Source: Methylococcus sp.
GTDB lineage: Bacteria > Pseudomonadota > Gammaproteobacteria > Methylococcales > Methylococcaceae
NCBI GenBank assembly: GCA_028688525.1
Contig: JAQTYA010000002.1
Location: 21,930 to 85,929, forward strand
Direction: 5' to 3'
DNA length: 64,000 nucleotides
The notes beneath the pieces are model-generated. The model saw only the letters and a list, made by a program, of their open reading frames with translations, ran no database searches and was not told the origin of the DNA. A program made the translations under genes and the position numbers. Below, piece after piece: positions 26,336 through 38,944 of this stretch (the first letter of the stretch is position 1; every line of letters begins with the position of its first letter).

Positions 26336-27400
26336 TCATAGCCGGCGGATCGACTGCGGAAACCGGAAGAGATTGTTAGGGTCGTATTTCGTCTTGATCG
26401 ACCGCAAGCGGGTCAGATTGCTGCCGTAATTAGCCTCCTCCCAGTGTTTCAGGGAAGGATCGAAGAGGTTCTGGAAAGTGCCCCCTCCGGCAAGCGGAGT
26501 GACGGCCGCGTAAAGGCCGTTTTGCCAGCGATGGGCGCGAAGCTTGGATTGAGGCGACTGCATAGGGTCCCATTCGATACCGATATCGAACAGCCATTGG
26601 CTGCTCCGATGCACGAAGGCGCTGGCGTCGGATGGGTAATCGTTGATCGCGCCTCCGGTTTGGAACAACGCTATATAGACATCGCCTGGAGACGCCTCCC
26701 AGCGATCCATCCATTGGCGGATCTCGGCGATGATCGCCTCGGGCAAAGCGCTGTTGACGAAGCGCGAGCGGGATTGGTAGTACGCAGCCCCCCTGCCTCC
26801 GCGAGGAAAGATCGCCCCGCCCAGTACGGCATCGATTGGATCGTTTCGCTAGTGGGTGACGCCATAGCAACCATCGGGGCGAAGATTTCCCGCAACTCCA
26901 CCTCGGTACCGTCAAACTGGCCGAAGATTTCCAGCAGAATGTCAGGCGATCCGCCCGGCTTATTGGCACGTGGACCTAAATAGACCTGGGAGCCTAACCG
27001 CCGTGGCGCCGCTTCGGGGGCACTGACCACCGTAGCAATCTGCTCATCGGACGCCTCAGTCGACCACTGATCGAACACTACGATCTGATCCACCTGGAAC
27101 GTATCCAGTGTGAACGCGGCATTGATCCAGAAATTTCCGCCAGCGAAACCGCGGCAGGCCCAAAACAGGTAGGTCGGGATAAATCGAGCCGCTCGCCGTC
27201 AATATCGAACCGTCCGCCGTCACGATTTCGGTGGATACAAGCTTGCCGCTGCCCACGCCGTGGGCCCGCATCTCGCAGCCTATACCGCCGCCGAGCAGAA
27301 AACCCCCGGCGCCGACTGCAGGTTTTCCGATTTAGATGGCACGCAGAAGTTTTGCCTCGGCTGTCGATCATGCATTGCCCAGAATCGCCGTCTCCGACGC
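26336..27400 (-). pseudogene. BBE-like FAD-binding oxidoreductase pseudogene
   Basis: Fragments in different frames: EIVTADG...YPDL, FWACRG.AGGNF, YGSNLTRLRSIKTKYDPNNLFRFPQSI; 5' limit approximate. Confidence 0.8.
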
Positions 27401-27501
27401 GACCATAGCCTAGGAGAACCCGCTATAAAGCGCCATACGTAACCTTGCGGCCGAGCGTTGAAGTTTGCACGATCCGATTCACCCTCTATCCAGCCGCTAC
27501 C

Positions 27502-28311
27502 TTATTTCACATTACCGGTAACTACTCTGGAATTCAGATCCTGCGGCACCCGATTGTTATCGGCATACAAAGCTTCCAATTGAGCGAGCTGAGCGGCAGA
27601 GACGGTAAGCGGCTGCGCCAGCACATACCAGCCCACACCCTCGCTACAGGGCGGAGTCGTCAACGAGCCGGCATAGGTATAAAAATGCTTGGTATCCCTA
27701 GGCAGCAGAGAGCGCGGATTCAAGCTGATGCCTGTATCTGGGTTATGGGTTTTGGCGCTATGAGGAGTATTATCCAGAATAATCTGCAAAGCCGAATTCG
27801 TTGCGCCTTCCTCCAGCAGCACACCCAAAACCGCGATCCGGCCGTCGTCACGGATGTGGACGAAGTGCAGTTCGCCGGCAAAGGTCTGCGATCCGATCAC
27901 GTGTTCGCTGGGGGCATGGAAGTGAAATTGGGTTAGCGGATAAACGTCCTTGCCAATGGATAATGTACCCTTGTAATGCTCAGAGGAATTCACCTGCACA
28001 GCATGTCCACTGTTGTAAAAATCCGGCGTATCCGTACGGTAATTAACGCTCAGCAGGTTGAGAGAATTCGACCTGGCCTGGTCGGCCAGATTCACCGGTG
28101 ACTGCGCGACACCAATACTGCATGTGGCATGTGGAAACATTAGTGGCGGCAAGGTCTGGCGCGTGTCCTCCAGTGCACCCCAAGAGGCTTGATTACTGTA
28201 ATCCCAGTGGGGCTCATCGCCATCGGCGAGCACAGGCGCAGCCAAAACTCCGATTGAAGCCAACCCGCAGGCGCTGACCACAGCGATGCACAACACAGAT
28301 TTGATTTTCAT
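27502..28311 (-). CDS. Secreted alpha-class carbonic anhydrase
   Basis: Signal peptide; QSPVN, QFHFH..SEH, ELHFVH, YAGSLTTPPCSEGV. Confidence 0.95.
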   Translation of the reverse strand: MKIKSVLCIAVVSACGLASIGVLAAPVLADGDEPHWDYSNQASWGALEDTRQTLPPLMFPHATCSIGVAQSPVNLADQARSNSLNLLSVNYRTDTPDFYNSGHAVQVNSSEHYKGTLSIGKDVYPLTQFHFHAPSEHVIGSQTFAGELHFVHIRDDGRIAVLGVLLEEGATNSALQIILDNTPHSAKTHNPDTGISLNPRSLLPRDTKHFYTYAGSLTTPPCSEGVGWYVLAQPLTVSAAQLAQLEALYADNNRVPQDLNSRVVTGNVK

Positions 28312-28349
28312 ACGTGCTCCTAGTTGTTATTCAACGAAAAACTGGTGGA

Positions 28350-28559
28350 TCAGCAAGTATGTTCGCGACAGTACTCGGCCATGCCAGGCTTTTTTGGGGC
28401 CGGACTGGGAGTCGGGCTCGTAGCCGTTGCCGTAGATTTCCCGTTGGCAGCATCGCTGGGCTGCGTCTGAGTTGAATCCGAGGAAATAGCTTCAGCGACG
28501 GCCAGACCGCCAGTCACAATGAGTAAACCAGATACAAGAATTATAGATTTAAAGAACAT
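28350..28559 (-). CDS. Small secreted hypothetical protein (69 aa)
   Basis: GGGAGAG RBS; signal peptide MFFKSIILVSGLLIVTGGLAVAEA; S/T/P-rich linker; C-terminal MAEYCREHTC. Confidence 0.65.
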   Translation of the reverse strand: MFFKSIILVSGLLIVTGGLAVAEAISSDSTQTQPSDAANGKSTATATSPTPSPAPKKPGMAEYCREHTC

Positions 28560-28725
28560 TTCGCTCTCCCGCAATATAATTAGCATGAGTAAATTATACA
28601 GGGGCGGCAAACACCGCGCCTGACCATCTAAGCCTACCGAGCCGGCGGTGTCAAATAGTATCACTAAGGACACACTATACCTTCCGCCGCAACTCTCCAG
28701 AATGCGCCTTCTGTGGGCCCATCGC

Positions 28726-29823
28726 CAGGGCTGTTCAATGCTAAATACCTTTATAGGCCAAGAGCCGGTGGAGGCTGATGGCATTGTAGTAAAAAGCTTA
28801 GCGGACGTTGTCTTGTCCATTGTGCCGCAAGAGGCTCAAGGCGAAGTGGCGCAGTCGGGCGAAGTCCCCTGGGTTTTTCCGGATACGACTTGAGTTCTCG
28901 CCGAGGGGGACGTCGAGCACGTGGTAAAGGCGGTTTTCGATGCTCCAATGGCTGCGGGTGCAGTAGGGATTGAACACTTCGGTCTGGCGCTGCACCTCGA
29001 TCACGGTCTGGAAGTGGCTATGCCAAAATTCGGCACCCCTGCGCGGCGGGAGCGGCCAAAGGCGCACGGTGCGCAGTTCGATGCGGTTGCGCCAGCCCAG
29101 GGTCGACGGTGTGTAGCACTGTTCGGAGTGGGGTCGGCTCTGACACACCCCCGCACCTCTACCAGCAGCTTAGGATGATTGCCTTTGAGCGGCACCAGGA
29201 GGCCGTTGCTGGTGGCGAGCGTGGTTTCAACCGTTCTTTTAAAGGTGGAGTGCGTCGAGCATATAAAGCCGCCCGCTGCGTCCCAAAGTTTTGAGGAGGC
29301 GCTGAGCTGCCTGGATCTCATGACCCTTACCGGCGCCCTCGATCAAGATCTGGCCCAGCAAGATCCCTCTTCGGTGGCGAAGGCTCTGAGCACCTAGACG
29401 GCTTCGCGGTCGTCGAAACGGTCCGAGCTACCGCGCAAGGTTTTGCCGTCGAGCGCGATCGCCGCCGCCCCTTCGGCCAAACTCGCGGCATGGGCGCGAA
29501 AATGCGGCGCCATTGCTTGCGGGTCCAAGCCCTGCAAGGCATAGGGATCGAACTGTAAGCCGGCGGGCTTCGCTATTGGCAACCGAAGGCCGCGTTCAAA
29601 GCCGCCTGATGCGTACACAGAAATTGATGAATGCGCCGGTAGAAGACCGCGCCGCTCATGATCGCCAATATGCCCAAAGCAGCAGATGCGGCAGGTCGAG
29701 CAGCCTCCCCTGGGCACGACAATGATCAGGGACGGCCAGCAGACTTTATTTCTGGGCTGGCAACGGGAACCTCTTTGACAATGTCAACTTCTTACATAAA
29801 TTGCTCAGCATTGAACAGCCCTG
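28726..29823 (-). mobile_element. Degenerate ISAs1-family insertion sequence
   Basis: Perfect 17-bp IRs CAGGGCTGTTCAATGCT (28726-28742, 29807-29823); 10-bp flanking direct repeat GGCCCATCGC; frameshifted transposase fragments IALDGKTLRGS, LKGNHP, HWSIENRLYHVLDV. Confidence 0.92.
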
Positions 29824-30081
29824 GGCCCATCGCAGCCTGCCTAAGATCGGCGAATCCCGTTGACCGACCAAGATCCAGCCGTCCGGCCCTATTCGGCTCC
29901 GGCGTTTACTTGCGCATTGTCAAGACCGGATATCTCGGTTACTTAAACTTCTAAGTCTCGGTGTTAAATTGATAGCGGGAAGACGCTCCTCGATAACGGG
30001 TTTCTGTAAATCGCCGAGATTCGGTTGCGTCAAGTCTGCTTCGCACATTAAAGCGCCCGATTGGTGCGCCGCTTGAGTCCG

Positions 30082-30840
30082 TCAAATCGAACTGACAACG
30101 GGCGACATCGGCGATGAATTTCGAAACAGCTCCCGGCTTTTAAGCTTCCGCCCTTCCAGATAGTGGGCGATAACGCGCCGCATCAGACGCTTGGCTTCGA
30201 CACGGGTTTGAGGGGAATCGAAATGCTGATCACGCAACGCCAGCAGGGTGGCACCGTGCAGGACGTCGGGCTCGGCAGTGCCGGCAAGAATGGGCCCGAC
30301 TTCGATCCGGTAGGTATAAAGGCGGTCGGGCTGGATGGCTAGTCCGCTATCGGCCTCCGCCGCGAGCTGCAGGCCGTAGCCGATGTCCTCCAGCAAGGAC
30401 AGCTCGAAGCGGCGCAGCGCGGTTTCCGCGTCCTCGCCCGCGGCCAATGCCTCCAGGCCGTTGCGATAGGCTTCGAACAGCTGCGGATGCGGATCGTGCG
30501 AGGGCAGCAATTTCATCAGCAGTTCGTTCAGGTAGATGCCGCAGAACAGGGCTGTATGCTGCAGCCGGATGCCGGCCCCGCCGGCTTCGGCATGAGTCAG
30601 GCTGGAGAGTTCGCCGCGGCCGCACCAGGACGCCAGAAGCGGTAGGAAAGGCTGCAGTATGGGCGCTAGCCCCTGTTTGCCGCGGCGGGCGCCTTTAGCG
30701 ATCAAGGCCAGACGGCCGTGACTGAGGGTGAACAGTTCGAGGAGGAGGCTGGTTTCGCGGTAATTCCACCGGTGCAGAAGATAAGCGCTATCGAGCAGGA
30801 CGCGGCTCGGGTCGGCGCGCTGTGGGACCGCGCCCGGCAT
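30082..30840 (-). CDS. recO: DNA repair protein RecO
   Basis: AYLLHRWNYRETSLL, LQPF, YLNEL, LKSRELF; follows era. Confidence 0.95.
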   Translation of the reverse strand: MPGAVPQRADPSRVLLDSAYLLHRWNYRETSLLLELFTLSHGRLALIAKGARRGKQGLAPILQPFLPLLASWCGRGELSSLTHAEAGGAGIRLQHTALFCGIYLNELLMKLLPSHDPHPQLFEAYRNGLEALAAGEDAETALRRFELSLLEDIGYGLQLAAEADSGLAIQPDRLYTYRIEVGPILAGTAEPDVLHGATLLALRDQHFDSPQTRVEAKRLMRRVIAHYLEGRKLKSRELFRNSSPMSPVVSSI

Positions 30841-30915
30841 CAGCCGGCCAGTGCGGCGCCGCGGGATGCGCGTCCGCCACAGCGGCTATGCATCCGGGTC
30901 AGGCTCGAGGCTCGA

Positions 30916-31797
30916 TCACTCGGCATAACCCAGGCCTTGCAGTGCCCGTTCGTTGTCCGACCAGCCGCGCTTGACCTTGGTCCAGAGTTCCAGATAAACG
31001 CGCCGTTCCAGCATGCGCTCCAGATCCTTGCGCGCCGCCTCACCCACCCGTTTCAGGACCTCGCCGCCCTTGCCGATGACGATAGCTTTCTGGCCTTCAC
31101 GCTCTACCCAGATGACGGCGTGGATGCGGACCAGGGTCGGCGACTCCTTGTACTGCTCGATCTGGACCGTGAGCGCATGCGGCACTTCCTGCGCGAGCCG
31201 GTTGAACAGCTTCTCGCGGATGATCTCCGCCACGAAGAAGCGCTCCGGCCGGTCGGAAATCTGGTCTTCCGGATAGATCGGCTCGCCCTCGGGCAAGAGG
31301 GCCAGGATGCGCTCCTCCAACGCGGCCAAGTTGACGCCCTTGAGCGCCGAGATCGGCACGATGTCGGAAAACATACCTGTGGCGTCGGCCTCGGCGACGA
31401 ACGGCAGCAGGACATCCTTGTCGTCGAGGCGGTCGACCTTGTTGATGGCGAGGATGACGGGAAGCTTGGCCTCCTTGATCCGAGCCATGACCAGTTCGTC
31501 GTCCGGCAGCCAGCCGGCCCGATCCACCAGCCAGACGATGACGTCGACCCCTAGCAGGGAGGAAATCGCGGTGCGGTTGAGATAACGGTTCATCGCCCGC
31601 TGCCCGCCGCCGTGGATGCCGGGCGTATCGACGTAAATGGCCTGGCCGCGCTCGTCGGTCTTGATCCCGAGAATTCGGTGGCGGGTGGTCTGCGGTCGGC
31701 GCGAGACGATGCTGAGCTTTTGGCCCAGCAGATGGTTGAGCAGGGTCGACTTGCCGACATTGGGGCGGCCTACCAGAGCCACGTAGCCAGATTTCAA
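30916..31797 (-). CDS. era: GTPase Era
   Basis: GRPNVGKST, DTPG, NKVD, KH domain; TTG start overlapping the rnc stop. Confidence 0.96.
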   Translation of the reverse strand: MKSGYVALVGRPNVGKSTLLNHLLGQKLSIVSRRPQTTRHRILGIKTDERGQAIYVDTPGIHGGGQRAMNRYLNRTAISSLLGVDVIVWLVDRAGWLPDDELVMARIKEAKLPVILAINKVDRLDDKDVLLPFVAEADATGMFSDIVPISALKGVNLAALEERILALLPEGEPIYPEDQISDRPERFFVAEIIREKLFNRLAQEVPHALTVQIEQYKESPTLVRIHAVIWVEREGQKAIVIGKGGEVLKRVGEAARKDLERMLERRVYLELWTKVKRGWSDNERALQGLGYAE

Positions 31798-32486
31798 ATT
31801 TGGATCCTCGATTGTTCCGAAAGGCGGTTGAGCATGCTTTCCGCCGCCTGTTGTTCGGCCTTCTTGCGGGAACTGCCCTCGCCGAGGCAGGGCTCGACCG
31901 CCAGCTGAATCTCGCAGCGCACCCGGAAATGCTGGTCGTGCGGCAGCCCGGCCTGGGCAATCAAAGTGTAGACCGGCAACGGCAGCCCACGCCCCTGCAT
32001 CAGCTCCTGCAAGCGCGTTTTCGGGTCCTTTTTCCAATCGTCCAGCGACAAAGCGGACAGCGGCCCGTCGAAGAGCTTCAGGATCAGCGCCCGGCTGGCA
32101 TCGATACCCTGGTCCCGTAGCACTGCGCCGAGGATAGCCTCCAGCGCGTCGGACAGAATCGAGTCGCGCCGGTAGCCTCCGCTCTTGAGTTCGCCCGAGC
32201 CTAGAATCAGATATTCGCCCAAGTCCAACTCCCGCGCGATCTTCGCCAGGGCGGCTTCATTCACCAAGGTCGCCCTGAGCCGGCTCAGCACGCCTTCGTC
32301 CGCCGAAGGAAACCGCTGATAGAGATACTCGGCGACCACGAACCCGAGCACCGAATCGCCCAGGAATTCCAGACGCTCGTTGTTCACGCCTTCGGCGCTG
32401 CGGTGGGTCAGCGCGTGCTTGAGCAGGTTCGGCTCCCGAAAAGGGATGCCTAGCTTACGCGCTAAGTGATCGTGGCTGCGGATCAA
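31794..32486 (-). CDS. rnc: Ribonuclease III
   Basis: NERLEFLGDS signature, dsRBD DPKTRLQE. Confidence 0.97.
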   Translation of the reverse strand: MIRSHDHLARKLGIPFREPNLLKHALTHRSAEGVNNERLEFLGDSVLGFVVAEYLYQRFPSADEGVLSRLRATLVNEAALAKIARELDLGEYLILGSGELKSGGYRRDSILSDALEAILGAVLRDQGIDASRALILKLFDGPLSALSLDDWKKDPKTRLQELMQGRGLPLPVYTLIAQAGLPHDQHFRVRCEIQLAVEPCLGEGSSRKKAEQQAAESMLNRLSEQSRIQI

Positions 32487-32860
32487 CGCCGTTCGACCTT
32501 GATCTGGTCGTCGAAATGGATCAGCGCGTCGACGTTACCCATGATGGGCTTCACTACTTCGTAGGCGACCTGGACCCGCAGGACGCCGTCGCCGCGGGTG
32601 ATTATCACGTCTTTCGTGGTAACGGTATTCACCATATTGATGTCCCAGCGCTTCTCCAGCGTCTTGAGAATGTCTTCGCGGCTTTTTTCCAGAAGTTCCT
32701 GGTCGGACTTCAGCGATTCCAGCGAGCTGCGGACCTTGTAGTGATTAAGATAAACCGGCCCGATGCGGAACAGCAGCAGCAGGAAGAAACCCGCTACCCC
32801 CATCACCAGGACGAAACTGATGAAAGTCAGGCCGCGCTGGTCCCTAGGCATGCCGCACAT
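32483..32860 (-). CDS. DUF4845-family protein
   Basis: QRGLT plus hydrophobic pilin-like N-terminus; conserved lepB-X-rnc position. Confidence 0.8.
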   Translation of the reverse strand: MCGMPRDQRGLTFISFVLVMGVAGFFLLLLFRIGPVYLNHYKVRSSLESLKSDQELLEKSREDILKTLEKRWDINMVNTVTTKDVIITRGDGVLRVQVAYEVVKPIMGNVDALIHFDDQIKVERR

Positions 32861-32863
32861 GTT

Positions 32864-33652
32864 TTAACCGCCCGAATTCAGCACGGTACCGAGGCGCGAG
32901 AAACCGATACCGCCGTTCTCGAAGTCCCAGCTCATCCAGATAAAGAAGGCCTTGCCGACCAGGTTGGCTTCCGGCACCACGCCCCAATAGCGGCTGTCGT
33001 TGCTGTTGTCGCGGTTGTCGCCCATCACGAAATAACTGCCTTCCGGTACGGTGAATTCGCCCTGCACCGTGGGCTGGCCGTGGCGGATCAGGATATCGTG
33101 CTTGACGCCTTCCAGGTCTTCCGATTTCAGCTCCGCCCCGCTCATGCTGGCGCCCTGCCCCACCCCTTCGTAGGCGCCGAGCGAAGTCTGGGCGATGGGC
33201 TTGCCGTTGACGTAGAGCTGCTTGTTGTAATAGCCGATCTTGTCGCCTGGCAAACCGATCACACGCTTGATGTAATCGACGGTAGGATCCTTCGGAAACC
33301 GGAACACCACGATGTCGCCCCGCGCAGGTTCGCCCATCTCGACGATCTTGGTATTCAGCACCGGCAAGCGGACGCCATAGGTGAATTTATTGACCAGGAT
33401 GAAATCTCCGATCAAAAGCGTCGGCATCATGGAGCCCGAGGGAATGCGGAACGGCTCCACCAGGAACGAGCGCAGCAGCATGACGATAAGCACGATCGGG
33501 AAAAACGACCGGGCATATTCCACCAGCAGCGGTTCCTTGTGCACGGCGCCGGCAGGCAAGGGATTCCGGCGCAACCACAGCACATAAGCGCCCCAGATGA
33601 TCCCGGTAACGAAAGTAGCGGTAACCAGAAAGAAAGAAAAATCGTAATCCAT
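32864..33652 (-). CDS. lepB: Signal peptidase I
   Basis: IPSGSMMPTL, YIKRVIG, GDNRDNSNDSR. Confidence 0.97.
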   Translation of the reverse strand: MDYDFSFFLVTATFVTGIIWGAYVLWLRRNPLPAGAVHKEPLLVEYARSFFPIVLIVMLLRSFLVEPFRIPSGSMMPTLLIGDFILVNKFTYGVRLPVLNTKIVEMGEPARGDIVVFRFPKDPTVDYIKRVIGLPGDKIGYYNKQLYVNGKPIAQTSLGAYEGVGQGASMSGAELKSEDLEGVKHDILIRHGQPTVQGEFTVPEGSYFVMGDNRDNSNDSRYWGVVPEANLVGKAFFIWMSWDFENGGIGFSRLGTVLNSGG

Positions 33653-33667
33653 GGGATACAACCGTTA

Positions 33668-35469
<1,802 letters not shown>

Positions 35470-35473
<4 letters not shown>

Positions 35474-36891
35474 TGCTTTTCGTCTTTCAATTTCATCGCC
35501 AGGAAGAGCGAGCCGTCGCGCCTTTGCACCAGAATCGCCAGGGATTTCCCTGCCGGCAGGCTCTTCTCCATTTCCACCAGTTGTTTCACGCTGTTGATTT
35601 CCTTGTCTTGAATCCTGAGGATGACATCGCCGCGCCGGAGGCCTGCATCGTAGGCGGCACCGGGATTGACGCTGTAGACCAGCACGCCACCGCGCGGCAA
35701 CTCGAGCTGCTCGCGCAGTTCGGGAGTGAGGTCGGCGACGCCGGCATTGAAGCGCTTCAGCGGCACGGTATCCGGCTCCGCGGCGCCAATGGCCGGTTCC
35801 TCATCGTCCGGAAGCGAACCGATCTTGAGGCTCAGCTCCTTGGTCGCGCCGTTGCGCAATAACTTGATTTTGGCGGCCTCGCCGACCTTGGTCATGCCGA
35901 CCATAGGCGGCAGCGCCGCGGAAGTATCCACAGCCTGGCCGTTGAATTCCAGCACGATGTCGCCGATCTGGATACCAGCCGCTTCGGCGGGACTCTTGGG
36001 CAGCACCTTGGACACCAGGGCGCCCTGCGGCTTCTTCATACCGAAGGACTCTGCCAACTCGCGCGTCACATCCTGGATCTGTACGCCGAGCCAGCCGCGC
36101 GAGACATGCCCGCTGGCCTTGATCTGGTCGACGACCTGGGTGGCGACTTCGATGGGTATCGCGAAGGATAGCCCCATGAATCCGCCTGTGCGGCTGTAAA
36201 TTTGCGAATTGACCCCGACCACTTCGCCATTCAGATTGAACAACGGTCCGCCGGAGTTACCGGGATTGATGGCCACGTCGGTCTGAATGAACGGCACGTA
36301 GTTGTCGCTGGGCAGGCTACGCCCCTTGGCGCTGACGATGCCGGCGGTAGCCGAGTGCTCGAAGCCGAAGGGCGAACCGATGGCAAGCACCCATTCGCCG
36401 ACCTTGAGCTTTTCGGACGAGCCCAGCTTGACCGTCGGCAATTGAGTGGCCTCGATTTTCAGCAAGGCAACGTCGCTACGTTTGTCGGAGCCGACGATTT
36501 TGGCGACCAGTTCCCGTCGGTCCTGCAGGCGCACGACGATTTCGTCGGCGCCCTTGACCACGTGCTGATTGGTGATGATGTAGCCGTCCGCCGACATGAT
36601 GAAACCCGAGCCCAAAGACTTCGACTCACTGGGCTGGCCGTCGCCGCCGCCGCCCTCGCCGAAGTAATGCCGGAACAAGTCGTCGAACGGCGTGCCTTCC
36701 GGGATTTCCATGCCTTCGGGCAATTGCTGTTCGTTGGCCGCCACTTTCTGTGTGGTGCTGATGTTCACGACAGCTGCATTGTTCTGTTCGACCAGCACGG
36801 TGAAATCGGGCAGTTGGGCTCGAACAGTCGGGGATGCGGCCAAAACCAGGGCCGCCCAAATCACTCCGGCGAAACGGTATCTTCTAAACAT
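35470..36891 (-). CDS. degP: DegP/MucD-family periplasmic serine protease
   Basis: Signal peptide, TNQHV, GNSGG, two PDZ domains; position in the rpoE operon. Confidence 0.9.
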
Positions 36892-36951
36892 GGGAACTCC
36901 TGAGTGCGTAGGTGGCGGCCGACCATGCGTCCAGACGGGGCTGGAACGCCG

Positions 36952-37392
36952 TTAGCGCGATAGGCGGCGAACGAAAACCGGGCGTGGATTTTGCCGGTGG
37001 AGACCGGGGTAATATTTGAGCGCTGCGAACGCCAATCCTAGGCCGAGCAGACCTCCGGTGATCGAACCTGCATCGGCCGAAGCAAACAAGCCTTGATCGG
37101 CGAGCAACTTGCCCAGCGAGGCGCCGCCGAATAGCGCAAACAAAGGCAGCAGATACATGCGGAAAGAACCGGCGACCAAGGCGCCATCCTCCACACCGAT
37201 GACCACCCGGTCGCCCGGCGCTACGGAGCCATCGGCCTCGACCCGGAGGCGCACCGGCTTGTCTCCCATCATGCGGGCGACCAGCGACGTACTGCAGCCC
37301 TGGGCACAGCTGCCGCAGGCCGATTTCTGGAGCTTCTCGACCCAGATCGATCGCCCCTCGATCCCGGTGACTATCGCCTCTTCCTCAATCAT
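36952..37392 (-). CDS. rseC: RseC/MucC-family protein
   Basis: MIEE, CGSC..GC, YLLPL; synteny. Confidence 0.88.
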   Translation of the reverse strand: MIEEEAIVTGIEGRSIWVEKLQKSACGSCAQGCSTSLVARMMGDKPVRLRVEADGSVAPGDRVVIGVEDGALVAGSFRMYLLPLFALFGGASLGKLLADQGLFASADAGSITGGLLGLGLAFAALKYYPGLHRQNPRPVFVRRLSR

Positions 37393-38392
37393 TCACTTCA
37401 CGGTTTGCGTTGGATTTCTGGTAGCGGATGCCATTGGCGATCATCTGAACGGTCTTGGAAGGAACATCTCCCATCACCGTCACGACGAAACCGTCGATTT
37501 TACGGGTATACGCGTTTACCGCCCCGATTTTTTTCAGCTTTTCCAAAAAAGGCTCATCCTTGAGTTCATCGACGTAGATTGAAACAGAAGAGAGTCCGTC
37601 ACTCAACAAGATATGCTCAATAGGGTGCTGCAAAGGAGGATGCTGCATACGGCTATAGGCACTGATGCGGAAGCCCATGGGTACATCCTCCAGGCTCCAG
37701 CGCATCGACTCTAGCGGCAACAGCTCCCGTTTCGAGGGCTGTTCGGGGTACACCTCGGCGCTCTGTGCCGGCGTGCCAGCGTCTCCCGCGCGCACCTCCA
37801 GCGACGTGAACACCATCTGCTCTACCGGTTTGTCGCTGCCGTCGAGCAACTCGAAACGCAAGGGCAGATGCGACTCCAAGTCGATCCAAATCTTGCGTCC
37901 ATAGCGGTAGTCGTCGATCGGTACGATATCGATGCTCTGGGCGAGCCGTTGAGCCACATGCTCCTGGGATCCAACCAAGAACGCATAATAGTCACAAAGC
38001 CCTTCGAAGGACTCGGGAAGATCTACCAGAAACGAATGGCCTACCGGAATGCGTTCGGTCAGTACCGATTTCGTCTCTGGGAAAATGAACCGTACCTGAT
38101 CGCCGTCGCGGTCAATCTCACGCATGGGGCTATTCAGCGATACCAGACGCTCGTGCTCAACGCCGCCAGATGCGGCATGCACGAACTCCATGCTGTTGAC
38201 CTTGCTGTCTTTCAGATAAGCGACTAAACCCCGGTAATTGAGCCGAACCATGGCTCCGCGCATATCCGCCAGCCAGGTCACGCCTGCTTTGCCGCCCAGC
38301 GCCTGGGGCGCGTCCTCCGCCTGCGGCAAAGGCGGATATCCAAAAGCAACGACGCCCCCTAAGACCGCCGCTATGACCCGAATTCTGGACAT
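37385..38392 (-). CDS. rseB: RseB/MucB sigmaE regulator
   Basis: LNYRG, EHERL, SDGLSSVSIY, TVMGDVP. Confidence 0.9.
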   Translation of the reverse strand: MSRIRVIAAVLGGVVAFGYPPLPQAEDAPQALGGKAGVTWLADMRGAMVRLNYRGLVAYLKDSKVNSMEFVHAASGGVEHERLVSLNSPMREIDRDGDQVRFIFPETKSVLTERIPVGHSFLVDLPESFEGLCDYYAFLVGSQEHVAQRLAQSIDIVPIDDYRYGRKIWIDLESHLPLRFELLDGSDKPVEQMVFTSLEVRAGDAGTPAQSAEVYPEQPSKRELLPLESMRWSLEDVPMGFRISAYSRMQHPPLQHPIEHILLSDGLSSVSIYVDELKDEPFLEKLKKIGAVNAYTRKIDGFVVTVMGDVPSKTVQMIANGIRYQKSNANREVND

Positions 38393-38410
38393 CGTCGGAT
38401 TCGAGCCCCG

Positions 38411-38920
38411 TTATTGTTCATAACTGACCAGCCGCATATACGGCATCAGTGTGCCTCCGCCCGACAGATGGGAAGCACCGCTGTGCGCCAGCAAATAAGC
38501 CTGCATTTCGGGATCGACATGCGCCTCCGCCAGCACTGCGCCCGCAGACCCGGCGAGCGCACCGTCGAATGCCGCAATACCGCCCAGTCCGCGCCATACG
38601 AAAACCGCCATCGCCGCGAGCGACGCCGCCAGGGCTCCTGTCACGATATGCCGGCGAAACGTTTCGGACGACTTGGACATCACCGGAGCCAAAACCGTCG
38701 GTTCGGCAGCCAGCCGCTGCGCCACCCGCTCAGCCAGATCGCGGCTCCGCGGGGAGCGCCCCGTCCGCAACACTTCTCCGATGAGAAAATACCGGTCCAC
38801 AGTACTCCGGACATCGTCCCGCTGCTCGATCACGCGGAAGTAGTCCTGCGCTTCGGATAAGCCCATCTCGTTATCCACGAATGCCGATGCCTTTTGCGCC
38901 ATATGCTCGTCCAACATCAT
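38411..38920 (-). CDS. rseA: Anti-sigmaE factor RseA/MucA
   Basis: SAFVDNE, RYFLIGEVLR, single TM, YL..H; follows rpoE. Confidence 0.88.
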   Translation of the reverse strand: MMLDEHMAQKASAFVDNEMGLSEAQDYFRVIEQRDDVRSTVDRYFLIGEVLRTGRSPRSRDLAERVAQRLAAEPTVLAPVMSKSSETFRRHIVTGALAASLAAMAVFVWRGLGGIAAFDGALAGSAGAVLAEAHVDPEMQAYLLAHSGASHLSGGGTLMPYMRLVSYEQ

Positions 38921-38944
38921 TCCGCTCCTGATCCTCTGTCACTA

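Noticed and set aside
29775-29787. FNR-like box TTGAC-AAT-GTCAA
   Set aside because: Spacing is one base short of the FNR consensus and it lies inside the IS.
29834-30081. tRNA or att site at the islet boundary
   Set aside because: No cloverleaf, T-loop motif or matching direct repeat found.
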